From the NCBI GenBank assembly GCA_049663505.1, contig JBATDO010000112.1, positions 1 through 53,482 on the forward strand: 53,482 nt of DNA, written 5' to 3'. How positions within the stretch are numbered: position 1 is the first letter of the stretch; each line of letters begins with the position of its first letter. Source of the stretch: Sphingorhabdus sp. Lineage in GTDB: Bacteria; Pseudomonadota; Alphaproteobacteria; Sphingomonadales; Sphingomonadaceae. The position numbers and the translations under genes are program-made. Below, in pieces: positions 28,930-38,202 of the stretch. The notes under the pieces were generated by a model. It saw nothing but the letters and a program-made list of their open reading frames with translations, was not told where the DNA came from and made no database searches.

Positions 28930-30158
28930 TCCGCAGCCTCCATCATTTTGTTAGAATTTTTCCAAGCGCCATAAGCATGCCAGTAGGCGGCTCGGCCATG
29001 ATCTTCAGTGTCGCCGGTTGGAGCCTCCGGAAAAATTTCACGATCAACCACCGCACGAACTCCGGTTTCGAATAGTTCGGAGCGGTCGAATCCGGCCGCT
29101 ACCATCTCGTGTTTCATGTTGAGAGAGTGCATCGACGACCAGAAAGGCTCGTTATTGTTAAATGCATCCCAATCGCGCAGGAACTGCTCGAACAAGGGCA
29201 TTTCGTCTGAATATTCCGGTTGTTCGAGATGCAGCATCAGGCCGTCGTTTGCTAATACCCTGTAACATTCGGATAGTATTTTTGGGAGGGCTTTCCCACT
29301 AGTTTCGTGCAGGAACATTGTAGTCTGTACCCAGTCAAAAGTGCCATCCTTCCAACGCGACAGATCTTCAGCATTAGTTTGAATAAACTTAAGGTTCGTG
29401 GCGCCTAGCGACTGTGCGCGAGCGTGCGCAAAACGTAATATCGGTCCTGCTGTATCGATTGCTATCACTTCACAATTTGGAAAGGCGAGTGCCAAAGGCA
29501 CGATATTATGACCTGTGGTACAGCCGACATCTAGTATGCGCCGCGGCTCCCAACCGGGCCTCTCCTTCTTGATCCATTCGACAAGCGCCTGTCCGCCGCC
29601 ATCGTTTAGTGCGCCTAGGCCGCCACCTGTCGTGGCAAAAATTCCGCAATCATAATTGACACCAGCGGACACATCGCCGGGCATCTCTTCACCGTGGTAA
29701 CTACCGGGCATGCAGTGAATATCTACAGCGCTCTGGTAGCGCGGGATTCCTATATTTGGATCAAGTTCCAGAGTATCGCGTCCCTCATTAAATTGATGCG
29801 CTTTTGCGTTCAATTCATCAATCTGTCTCAGGGTTATAGCACGTCCATTCTGCTGGCGCATTTCCATCGAGTTACGTTTAACCGCCGACCAGAATCTGTG
29901 GAAATGATCCTTGTTCATTGCATGACGAATTTCGAACCGGTCCTTGGGATCGCGGCCATTTTCTTTTTGAAAGGCGGGAAGTACGCGTCTTTCATATGTC
30001 AACTTATTGCCCGCGCCGAGCGGGCCCGCGAGGAATTTGTTGAAATTCGCAAGAAAATTGAACCGCGCAATTTCATCGTGTGACGCTACCGGCGATACGC
30101 CATGCCGCGCAACTGCATTATAGGGTGGGGCTACATCGAGCCTGTTCTCTTTACTCAT
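28926..30158 (-). CDS. Class I SAM-dependent methyltransferase-fold protein
   Basis: ILDVGCTTG motif I, FIQTNAEDL, FDWV..TMFLHE, RVL..DG. Confidence 0.88.
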   Translation of the reverse strand: MSKENRLDVAPPYNAVARHGVSPVASHDEIARFNFLANFNKFLAGPLGAGNKLTYERRVLPAFQKENGRDPKDRFEIRHAMNKDHFHRFWSAVKRNSMEMRQQNGRAITLRQIDELNAKAHQFNEGRDTLELDPNIGIPRYQSAVDIHCMPGSYHGEEMPGDVSAGVNYDCGIFATTGGGLGALNDGGGQALVEWIKKERPGWEPRRILDVGCTTGHNIVPLALAFPNCEVIAIDTAGPILRFAHARAQSLGATNLKFIQTNAEDLSRWKDGTFDWVQTTMFLHETSGKALPKILSECYRVLANDGLMLHLEQPEYSDEMPLFEQFLRDWDAFNNNEPFWSSMHSLNMKHEMVAAGFDRSELFETGVRAVVDREIFPEAPTGDTEDHGRAAYWHAYGAWKNSNKMMEAAE

Positions 30159-31309
30159 ATCAGCCCTTCCTTTATCATGCGTTCAATCGTTTCTTCCTGG
30201 GTTCGGAGGAAATAATCACGATCGGGGGTTTGAATGTCATTGTTCTGGATCAAACCATCCGCTTTTTGAGGTGAGTTTCCGGCATAGATTGCGGCAAATA
30301 ATTCTAGTCGCTGTCGAGCAAGGAAGTTGGTCATTGCCGGCTTGCGACGGGCAGCTCTCAAAGCGCCCAAGTTGATGTCGGCAAAGGCGGTAAACGTCTC
30401 ACCACTGTTAGATTCGGACATCACCCGGCCCTTATAATCTACCACCATGCTGTTTCCGTCCGCAGAGGCCAGGGGCATTGTGGTATCTTCGATGCCTGCC
30501 GTATTGGCAGACACAACATATGCCATATTTTCTTGCGCGCGGGCACGTTTGCCTATGTCTTTTGGAGTATCTAGCGGAGAGCCGATTTCGGAACTGCTGT
30601 GAGCAAAAATTTCCGCACCACGCAATGCAAGTGCTCGTGCGATCTCTGGATAGAGTATCTCTTCTGAGGCAATAGTCGCTAGATTGCCTATTTCAGTTTT
30701 TGCGACAGGAAACACGCCATCTAGTCCGTAGATATCAAGATATTTTGACCATACATCATGCGGGGTGGGAGCAAACATACTGTTCAATCGACGGTAGCGC
30801 AGTATAACATCGCCGGACGGAGCGACAATGAAGCAGGCCTGAAAATATAGGCCGGGAAAATTCTTGTCGGCTTCGTAGGCATTGCCCGCGATGAACATTT
30901 TAAGTCGTTGCGCCATCGCGCCGAATGCTTCATATTCCGGACCGTCGACTTCCAGCGCTGCCTTGTCAGCAAAATCAGGTATGGAAATCCGCCCTGGGTA
31001 ACTGGTTAGCAAATACTCCGGCAACACCGCCAGCTTAACCGGGTTTCCTGCATATTGTTGGATGAAGATTGCGGCAGAACGGATTTTGTTCTCCATTTCG
31101 CCTATCATGTTGAGCATCTGTTTGCGTGCCACTGCCTTGTTCGGTGTCTTTTCTATCGAACGCGCGGTCAGTTGCATCGCAACGGCAGCATAGGTTTTTG
31201 TATCTGTCATATTGCCTGATTTACCATTTTGTTGTGTTGCAGCTAAAGCCCCCGTGGATGCAGTGGCACAAATTGCCGCTGCCATGATCTGCCTACGATC
31301 TAAATCCAT
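30155..31309 (-). CDS. Carbon-nitrogen hydrolase (nitrilase-fold) protein with Tat-like signal and non-canonical active site
   Basis: LAVLPEY, YRRL, SEEILYPE, ARAQEN.AYVVSAN; N-terminal DRRQIM plus hydrophobic stretch. Confidence 0.87.
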   Translation of the reverse strand: MDLDRRQIMAAAICATASTGALAATQQNGKSGNMTDTKTYAAVAMQLTARSIEKTPNKAVARKQMLNMIGEMENKIRSAAIFIQQYAGNPVKLAVLPEYLLTSYPGRISIPDFADKAALEVDGPEYEAFGAMAQRLKMFIAGNAYEADKNFPGLYFQACFIVAPSGDVILRYRRLNSMFAPTPHDVWSKYLDIYGLDGVFPVAKTEIGNLATIASEEILYPEIARALALRGAEIFAHSSSEIGSPLDTPKDIGKRARAQENMAYVVSANTAGIEDTTMPLASADGNSMVVDYKGRVMSESNSGETFTAFADINLGALRAARRKPAMTNFLARQRLELFAAIYAGNSPQKADGLIQNNDIQTPDRDYFLRTQEETIERMIKEGLI

Positions 31310-31330
31310 AGCGTTGCAAATTCCTTCATC

Positions 31331-32881
31331 CTACAAACCCAAGGACCCTGGGTTCATCACCCGTGTAGGATCCAGTGATTTCTTCAAATCCAATAGCAAC
31401 GCATCTGCTGCCGGATCTAGGCTGTCGCGATAACGATAGGTCCGGCCTATCTGAAAATGCACCGCACCCTGTTCATAAAATAGATCGACCAGCGCCTGTT
31501 TCATTTTCTGGGTCATGGCCCAGGCTGCAGGATTTGCAGCCAGTTTCGGAAGCTTCGCCAGATGACCGTTTTCTACCGTTTCTCTATGGACCGGATTGGC
31601 GGCATCGGGCCAGTATAGACAAGGTTCGATTATCATACCCGACCCGCTGACGGCAGAGACGAGCGTACCTGTAAATATACCCAACGCATCCATCTCAGCG
31701 CGATGTTGTTCGAACAACGCTTCAATGGCCTTGTAACAGGCAACCGCTTTGGAATGCGGCAGCAATCCGTGAATCGGTGCCCAGCGCTGGCCTTCAGGTC
31801 CAAGCATTGAGTTGAGTGGCCCAAATGGGTTGGCACGAATGATTTTTGGTATAGTATTCTCGGTTTCGGTTGCTCCATTAGCTAAAGCTATTTTTCGGGC
31901 GCGTGCCAAATCATCGTCGGCAGCCGCTTGAATGCGGCCCTCAGTCAAGACATGCAGCGAGAATTTCGCTTCATCCATGAAATTGCGACCGGCGGTCACG
32001 ACTTTCGCGCCTTCCTTGATCGCGCCCCAGACGGAACCCTGCTTCTTCATCATCTTGCCGAGGGATTTCACATCGCTGCTAAGGCTTTCGCGCTTCATGC
32101 GAATAGCGTTTAGGCTGGGATCAAAGCCGAAACATTCGGTTGCGATACCAGAGCGTTCGATCTCGGCTGCAGCTTTCAACGTGTCTTCATAAGTTTCAAA
32201 TGTAAAGCTAGCATAACCATGGGCTTCCGCCTCCTGAATTAGACGCATGGTGACTGTCGCCTTCATCCCGAGTGCGCCGGTGTCAGCTAGGAACAGTCCT
32301 GTCAGGTCCGGACCATAAGGCCGCGTGAACACGCTTCCCGTTTTCAGAATACTACCATTGGCCAAAACGATTTCCATGGCTACGCAGCTTTGTGCAGCGG
32401 TACCGTAGCGCCCCGATCCCCAAAAAAGGCAATTCTGACTCATTCCCCCACCGACAGTGGCTTTGAGTCCCGAAAGCGTTCCCCAGAAAGGTGTGCGCAA
32501 ACCTTTAGGCTGCAGTGCTTCATAAAGCTTTGCCCACGTACAGCCAGCTTCGACTGTCACAGTCATATCAGTTTCGTTAATATCAAGAATTCGGTCCATC
32601 GCAGCGAGATCAAACAAAATCGCGCCAGGCTCGTTGCTGATATATCCTCCCGTATAGCTCATTCCTCCACCGCGAGGGATTACTGTAATATTTTGCGATG
32701 TTGCAGCTGCAACCGCTGCCGCAAGCTCCTCTTTATTCTTTGGACGCACTACAGCCAGCAAAGCTGCGCCGCGTTCAAACACATCATGAGCGAAGAAATT
32801 GAGCGTGTCGTCATCAGTCAGAAGTTCTATGCCGGTTGCAGCAATAATATCGGTTACGTTGGGATTTGCTTTGGTAGCCAT
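31331..32881 (-). CDS. FAD-binding oxidoreductase (VAO/PCMH, GlcD-like; paralogue of 3111..4697)
   Basis: PRGGGMSY, ATVGGGMS, GPDLTGLF, LDPTRVMNPG. Confidence 0.9.
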   Translation of the reverse strand: MATKANPNVTDIIAATGIELLTDDDTLNFFAHDVFERGAALLAVVRPKNKEELAAAVAAATSQNITVIPRGGGMSYTGGYISNEPGAILFDLAAMDRILDINETDMTVTVEAGCTWAKLYEALQPKGLRTPFWGTLSGLKATVGGGMSQNCLFWGSGRYGTAAQSCVAMEIVLANGSILKTGSVFTRPYGPDLTGLFLADTGALGMKATVTMRLIQEAEAHGYASFTFETYEDTLKAAAEIERSGIATECFGFDPSLNAIRMKRESLSSDVKSLGKMMKKQGSVWGAIKEGAKVVTAGRNFMDEAKFSLHVLTEGRIQAAADDDLARARKIALANGATETENTIPKIIRANPFGPLNSMLGPEGQRWAPIHGLLPHSKAVACYKAIEALFEQHRAEMDALGIFTGTLVSAVSGSGMIIEPCLYWPDAANPVHRETVENGHLAKLPKLAANPAAWAMTQKMKQALVDLFYEQGAVHFQIGRTYRYRDSLDPAADALLLDLKKSLDPTRVMNPGSLGL

Positions 32882-34173
32882 CAGGCTGACACTCCTTCTA
32901 CATCATTAGCAATTGTGGGATCGCTGTCGGGAAAATTGTCAGGGTAGCGACCGAGCAGCAGCAGAATGCCGCCGCCTATGATGAAACCAAGAATTGCCAC
33001 CGTCAGTATCGGATTATAGCTACCGGTGTTGTCTCGCACGCTGGCATAAATAATCGGCGAAAGCGCCGAGAAAAGGCCAAATGGCATGTAAAGCATTCCG
33101 TAGATTTTGCCGTAATGCGCCATCCCGAAATAGCGGCCTGTGAGATACGCGATCAAGTCACTTTCCGCCCCCGCGGCAAAACCGAGAAGAAATCCCGCCA
33201 GTGCTGCGGCAGGAAATAAAATGGTATCGCCTAGCAACAGATAACAGGACAAGGCAGGTAGGCACAGGAGCGGAAATGCGACGAACCCCTGCCAGAAGCG
33301 GTCTAGCAGCGCGCCGGTAATAAGACGGCCCGCGAATATTCCTAGGCCGAGAACGCCCATGGCCGAGGCAGCCGTTTGTGAATCTAAACCCCGGTCGGAC
33401 AGCATAGTCGGCATATTGATAAACGCACCACCAAAAGCCAAAGATATGAACGCAATAGATGTCCAGATCAGCCAGAACCGATAGTCTCTCATTGCTGCGC
33501 CCAAAGTGACGCCGGTAAGATTTCCGCTTTCGCTCAATATAGCCTTGGGACGTTCCTCAGGTCGTGGCTCGCGGAAAAGAAAATAACCTATCGGCAAGGC
33601 AATCGCCAAGGGCAATATAGCGACAATCGCAAACATCTCGCGCCAGCCGTAATTTTCGATAGACCATACCGCAAGCTTCGGTACCACAATCGCGGCTAAA
33701 CTCGTACCCATTAGCAATATGCCTAGTGCCAAACCACGATGTTTGTAAAACCACAAGTTTATGGCGCGACTCCAACTAACCGGGGTCGATCCAATCCCGA
33801 TCAGGCCCACCACGACCCAAATTGCGTAGTATACATAAAGAGTTGAACTGGCTTTGGCCGTTGGGGTCAGCGAAATGGCCGCGAACGAAAGACCGAAGGC
33901 AAGCAGGGAATAAAGCGCAACTTTACGAACACCGTATTTGTCTGCTAGTGATCCAAAAAACGGCGCCAACAGCGCAGCGATGACACCGAAAATAGTGATG
34001 GGGAAGAGAATCTGTGTTCGACTCCATCCAAATTCTTCAATCATCGGTTCGACGGTAAATCCGACAACGTTAAATGGTAGCGGAGATGCCCCGCAGGCAA
34101 CCCCCAACACCCCGGATAAAAGGATGGTCCAGCCCTTGGAGAATTCATTGCGCGTTTCCGTCTGATCAACCAT
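32881..34173 (-). CDS. MFS transporter (paralogue of 13587..14891)
   Basis: About 12 TM segments; GSLADKYGVR; AGAESDLIAYL. Confidence 0.92.
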   Translation of the reverse strand: MVDQTETRNEFSKGWTILLSGVLGVACGASPLPFNVVGFTVEPMIEEFGWSRTQILFPITIFGVIAALLAPFFGSLADKYGVRKVALYSLLAFGLSFAAISLTPTAKASSTLYVYYAIWVVVGLIGIGSTPVSWSRAINLWFYKHRGLALGILLMGTSLAAIVVPKLAVWSIENYGWREMFAIVAILPLAIALPIGYFLFREPRPEERPKAILSESGNLTGVTLGAAMRDYRFWLIWTSIAFISLAFGGAFINMPTMLSDRGLDSQTAASAMGVLGLGIFAGRLITGALLDRFWQGFVAFPLLCLPALSCYLLLGDTILFPAAALAGFLLGFAAGAESDLIAYLTGRYFGMAHYGKIYGMLYMPFGLFSALSPIIYASVRDNTGSYNPILTVAILGFIIGGGILLLLGRYPDNFPDSDPTIANDVEGVSA

Positions 34174-34193
34174 AATTACCTATAATCCGTAAT

Positions 34194-34205
34194 TTGTCCG
34201 GACAA
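34194..34205. promoter_or_regulatory. Putative GntR/HutC operator TTGTCCGGACAA
   Basis: Perfect palindrome 20 bp upstream of the MFS start at 34173. Confidence 0.85.
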
Positions 34206-34584
34206 CTATATCCAAATTTTACGATGATGCCACAAAAAGTCGAACACATAGTTATTTATTGCGCTTGTTTCGCGGGCGACCGCGTTTTCTGGCAGAAGCT
34301 ACTAGGAAGTTGGGTAGAAATATTGAGAAAATTCTGTCAATTAAAACTCAAACCAGCCTTTGAAAAGGTAAATGCGAGGGGTATTGGTAGCTGAATTAGA
34401 ATGCAATAGTTGCCAAGCTCGGCCTCAACGCCATCACCGAAAGCAAATCCGATAGCAGCTGTGCGGGTTGGTTCGGCAATTCTTCCATCCGACGTATCTC
34501 TGCCGCATTAAGCCATTATAGATAAAAAAGAAGGCTGGTCCCGAGACATGCCTCCCAGGCAGAGAGTTCTCGTAACTGTTAGCG

Positions 34585-35493
34585 TTAGTTATCGCTCTTC
34601 TTCGCTGCTCGCTCCGCGTCGATCATGTCCTTGAATACGGTCCAAGTTGTTTCGTTGGGACGCGCATCATCAGCCGGTGGCGGCGCAGTATACTCGGGAT
34701 GATTCAGTGCAATCTCATCTTTGATAACCTTGGGCAGTTCATCATATTTTTTCAGTTTCGCGCCCATGGCATTGAACACCATCTGCCCTTGGCGTCCGCG
34801 CATCTTCATCCATGGCATCCAGTCCGAAATCCTTACCCAGCTTACCGTCGGATAAGCAGTAGGATTTTTCGTATCTAGAATTTCATCAGCCAATATTGAA
34901 AAATCGAAGATTTCCATCGCGTGATACTTGTTCCCGACATAATCCTGGTAATCACCGGCAAGTTCGTTGTGATAAAAAAGTGGAATTTCAATCGGCATTA
35001 AAAGCCATTTGCCCTGTCGATGAATGCCTTCAATTTTATATGGTTTGCCATCGGCGGAATAAGGATAGCTTGGACGCATATTGACGGGGTCATTGGCGAT
35101 TTGCATGACGTCGACTGTTTCATCGGTCCACGGATTTTCCCAAGTCCGCAAAACCTCATTGGTTTTTGGATCGAGATAGAACATCACCTCACGGCTGACC
35201 TGACGATATCCGGTTCCGCGCTTCGGATCCGTGACCTTCACGCACTGACGGACATTCATGCCTTCGCCGTTGAACAAGTGACGATCCGGTTCACCTTGAA
35301 CCCGAGAATAGACTTTTCCAGACCAGTAGTAGATTGCGGGTACACCATCTGCCTCACCGCACTGAACGCGCTTGGAGATTTCTAAAGCATCTTCCGCCTT
35401 GTTGGGGTCCAGTGTCCGCGCCGACAATGCTGCGCTGAAGGCCATGGATGCTATGATGATTGTTACCGTGCCATACTTCAAATATCGTTTCAT
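34585..35493 (-). CDS. DUF1838-like secreted protein
   Basis: Signal peptide; YWSGKVYS, LFNGEGMN, YLDPKTNEVLRTWENPWT, NDPVN, WVR...WMPWM. Confidence 0.78.
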   Translation of the reverse strand: MKRYLKYGTVTIIIASMAFSAALSARTLDPNKAEDALEISKRVQCGEADGVPAIYYWSGKVYSRVQGEPDRHLFNGEGMNVRQCVKVTDPKRGTGYRQVSREVMFYLDPKTNEVLRTWENPWTDETVDVMQIANDPVNMRPSYPYSADGKPYKIEGIHRQGKWLLMPIEIPLFYHNELAGDYQDYVGNKYHAMEIFDFSILADEILDTKNPTAYPTVSWVRISDWMPWMKMRGRQGQMVFNAMGAKLKKYDELPKVIKDEIALNHPEYTAPPPADDARPNETTWTVFKDMIDAERAAKKSDN

Positions 35494-35553
35494 AATTCCA
35501 CTCTCCAATGTTTCAAATATGCAACTATTTTTATTTTCTAGTTGACTTTAGAG

Positions 35554-35565
35554 TTGTCCGGACAA
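35554..35565. promoter_or_regulatory. Putative GntR/HutC operator TTGTCCGGACAA
   Basis: Perfect palindrome in the divergent gap, just downstream of a TTGACT hexamer (35542-35547). Confidence 0.85.
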
Positions 35566-35606
35566 ATTGTGAAGAGGCATTATGTTTTATTTGACATTGG
35601 GAAAAA

Positions 35607-36416
35607 ATGACCAGCTTCACTAACCTTCTTTTTGTCCCCGCCAATCGACCAGAGCGCTTTGAAAAGGCCGCATCCAGCGGTGCTGACTTGATCTGTATTG
35701 ACCTTGAAGACTCTGTCCCTGATGATCAAAAAAACAGTGCACGCGATTCTGTTTTTGCCGCACTTGCTGTATTGGAACGCGAAAAGACTGCCGTCCGAAT
35801 CAATGGATTGAAGACCAAAGCTGGTCTTGCTGACTTGCTAGCGATGGCCGCTGCGGATGATCTTCCGGCGCTTATCTTTCTACCAATGGTCGAAAGTGCG
35901 AGTGAGGTTGAAATCGTGCACAGCATATTGGGAAACAGGATCAGTGGTTTAGTCCCTCTGATCGAAACGGTGAGAGGTTTGCGCGCGGGATATGACATCG
36001 CGGCGAGCGATGGCGTCATCGGAATGATGTTTGGCGGCGGCGATTTTTCAGCAGAGCTTGGTACGAAGCTGGAATGGGAGCCTCTTTCCCATGCGCGTGG
36101 TGAGTTCATCATGTGCTGTGCTTCGGCGCAAGTGATGGCTATTGATGTGCCATATATAGACATGGGCAATGAAGCAGGTCTGGCTGACGAATGTGCGCGC
36201 GCAAAGGCGATCGGATTTAAAGCCAAAGCCGCGATCCATCCCAAACAACTTGTCGCGATACAATCCGCGATGCGCGCAACAGAAACCGAAATCGAGGAAG
36301 CCCGCGATGCCATCGCCGCCTATGATGCAGCAGGCGGCGAAGCGATTAGTCACAAAGGCCGGATGCTCGAAGCGCCGGTGATGCGAAGGTACCGCGCCAT
36401 CTTGGCTGCGCTTTAA
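35607..36416 (+). CDS. HpcH/HpaI/CitE-family CoA-ester lyase
   Basis: LFVPANRPERF, DLEDSV, VRIN, LIET, AAIHPKQ. Confidence 0.92.
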   Translation: MTSFTNLLFVPANRPERFEKAASSGADLICIDLEDSVPDDQKNSARDSVFAALAVLEREKTAVRINGLKTKAGLADLLAMAAADDLPALIFLPMVESASEVEIVHSILGNRISGLVPLIETVRGLRAGYDIAASDGVIGMMFGGGDFSAELGTKLEWEPLSHARGEFIMCCASAQVMAIDVPYIDMGNEAGLADECARAKAIGFKAKAAIHPKQLVAIQSAMRATETEIEEARDAIAAYDAAGGEAISHKGRMLEAPVMRRYRAILAAL

Positions 36417-36440
36417 CTTAAATACATAAGGAAATAAATC

Positions 36441-36950
36441 ATGCGTAAAGGTGTAATTGAAGTCAGTCCCGGACGGTTCCGCGAAACATTCGGTCGCTAT
36501 TTTGAGGATTTCGAGGTTGGTCATATCTACGAGCACCGTCCTGGCCGGACCATTACCGACACCGATAACGTGCATTTCACTTTGCTCACCATGAATACAC
36601 ATCCCGCCCATTTTGATTATGAATTTGCGAAAAACACCGAATTCGGAAAGCCGCTTATCTGTTCTCCCCTTACGGTCGCGTTGATGGTTGGCATGAGCGT
36701 ATCAGACACTAGCCAAAAGGCTGTTGCTAATCTGGGCTGGGACAAGATCAAGATGACCAAGCCGATGTTCCCCGGTGATACATTGTATGCCGAGAGCGAA
36801 GTTCTTGAAAAACGCGAGAGTAGTTCGCGTCCGGAACAGGGCATTGTGACGATCAAGACCATAGGTAAAAACCAGCATGACGACATCGTTTGCACGTTCG
36901 AGCGCACCATGCTGATCTGGAAGCGAGGTTTTGGTAATACCGACGACTAA
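36441..36950 (+). CDS. MaoC-family dehydratase
   Basis: GRYFEDF.VG..Y.H.PGRTIT, N.HP.H.D, ANLGW, PGDTLY. Confidence 0.93.
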   Translation: MRKGVIEVSPGRFRETFGRYFEDFEVGHIYEHRPGRTITDTDNVHFTLLTMNTHPAHFDYEFAKNTEFGKPLICSPLTVALMVGMSVSDTSQKAVANLGWDKIKMTKPMFPGDTLYAESEVLEKRESSSRPEQGIVTIKTIGKNQHDDIVCTFERTMLIWKRGFGNTDD

Positions 36951-37008
36951 GTAATGAATATTCCCTCTGCTATCGTGCAGCGGGTAAAAGAATTGCAGGA
37001 GTATACAC

Positions 37009-38202
37009 ATGGCGAGTGCAGCCGAAAGCCCGACCAAAGAATTTATCCCGCGCACCATTGACCCAAATGACGAACGTGCGTTGCTCGAGGCGATTAAAAA
37101 GTGGGTCCAGGCCGAAGTGAGGCCCGTGGTTATGGAGCACGACCACGGCGATATCTGGCCGGAAAAACTGGTTGGGCAAATGGCCGAAATGGGTCTGTTC
37201 GGGGCTACGATTGGCGAAGAATACGGCGGTCTCGGCTTGCCGGCCACAACCTACGCCAAGATTGTTACCCATATTTCCAGCTACTGGATGGCGATTACCG
37301 GCATTTTCAATTCTCACCTAATCATGGCCGCAGCCGTTGAGCGCTTTGGCACCGAGGAGCAGAAACGCGAATGGTTACCCAAATTTGCGAGCGGTGAAAT
37401 TCGCGGCGGGCTGGCTTTGACCGAACCCAATGCGGGAACGGATTTGCAGGCAATTCGTACGGTGGCCACCCGTGATGGTGATGATTATATCATAAATGGA
37501 ACCAAGACATGGATTTCCAACGGCATCAACGGCAGCTGCTTTGCGCTGCTTGTCAAAACCGACCCCAAGGCGGAACCGCGCTATAAAGGCATTAGCCTAA
37601 TGATCGCGCCAAAGGGCGAAGGGTTTACCGTAGGCAAGAAATTCGAGAAGCTGGGGTACAAAGGCATCGATAGTGCAGAGTTAGTGTTCGAAAATTACAG
37701 GATACCAGCGAAAAACCTTATCGGGGGCGTGGAAGGTAATGGATTTTTTCAGGCCACCGGTGGACTAGAATTGGGGCGCATTAACGTTGCCGCGCGCGGT
37801 GTGGGTCTGGCGCAAGGTTCGCTCCGCCTCGCAACTGAATACGCACAATTGCGCGAAACAATGGGCAAGCCGATTTGCGAGCATCAAGCTATACAGTTGA
37901 AACTCGGTGAAATGGTTACACGTGCGCGCGCTGCAGAATTGCTGACTATGGATGCAGCAGAAACTTACGACCGGGGTGAACGCTGCGATATGCAGGCGGG
38001 CATAGCAAAATATTTTGCCTCCGAAGCGGCAGTGCGCAATTCCGAAGAATCGATGCGCGTTCACGGCGGCTATGCCTATTCAAAGGAATATGAAATCGAG
38101 CGCTATTACCGCGATAGCCTGCTGATGTGTATCGGCGAAGGCACAAATGAAATGCAGCGCATGATTATCTCCAAACAATGGATAAAGCAGAACCCGGTAT
38201 GA
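37009..38202 (+). CDS. Acyl-CoA dehydrogenase
   Basis: ALTEPNAGTD, INGTKTWISN, HGGYAY, IGEGTNEMQ. Confidence 0.95.
   Translation: MASAAESPTKEFIPRTIDPNDERALLEAIKKWVQAEVRPVVMEHDHGDIWPEKLVGQMAEMGLFGATIGEEYGGLGLPATTYAKIVTHISSYWMAITGIFNSHLIMAAAVERFGTEEQKREWLPKFASGEIRGGLALTEPNAGTDLQAIRTVATRDGDDYIINGTKTWISNGINGSCFALLVKTDPKAEPRYKGISLMIAPKGEGFTVGKKFEKLGYKGIDSAELVFENYRIPAKNLIGGVEGNGFFQATGGLELGRINVAARGVGLAQGSLRLATEYAQLRETMGKPICEHQAIQLKLGEMVTRARAAELLTMDAAETYDRGERCDMQAGIAKYFASEAAVRNSEESMRVHGGYAYSKEYEIERYYRDSLLMCIGEGTNEMQRMIISKQWIKQNPV

Noticed and set aside
34206..34584. Roughly 380-bp gap as an sRNA or riboswitch
   Set aside because: No recognisable conserved structure or motif by eye; an Rfam scan would be needed.
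769..35565. Repeated palindrome as CRISPR, REP or IS end
   Set aside because: Single dispersed copies only at promoters, with no spacers or arrays.
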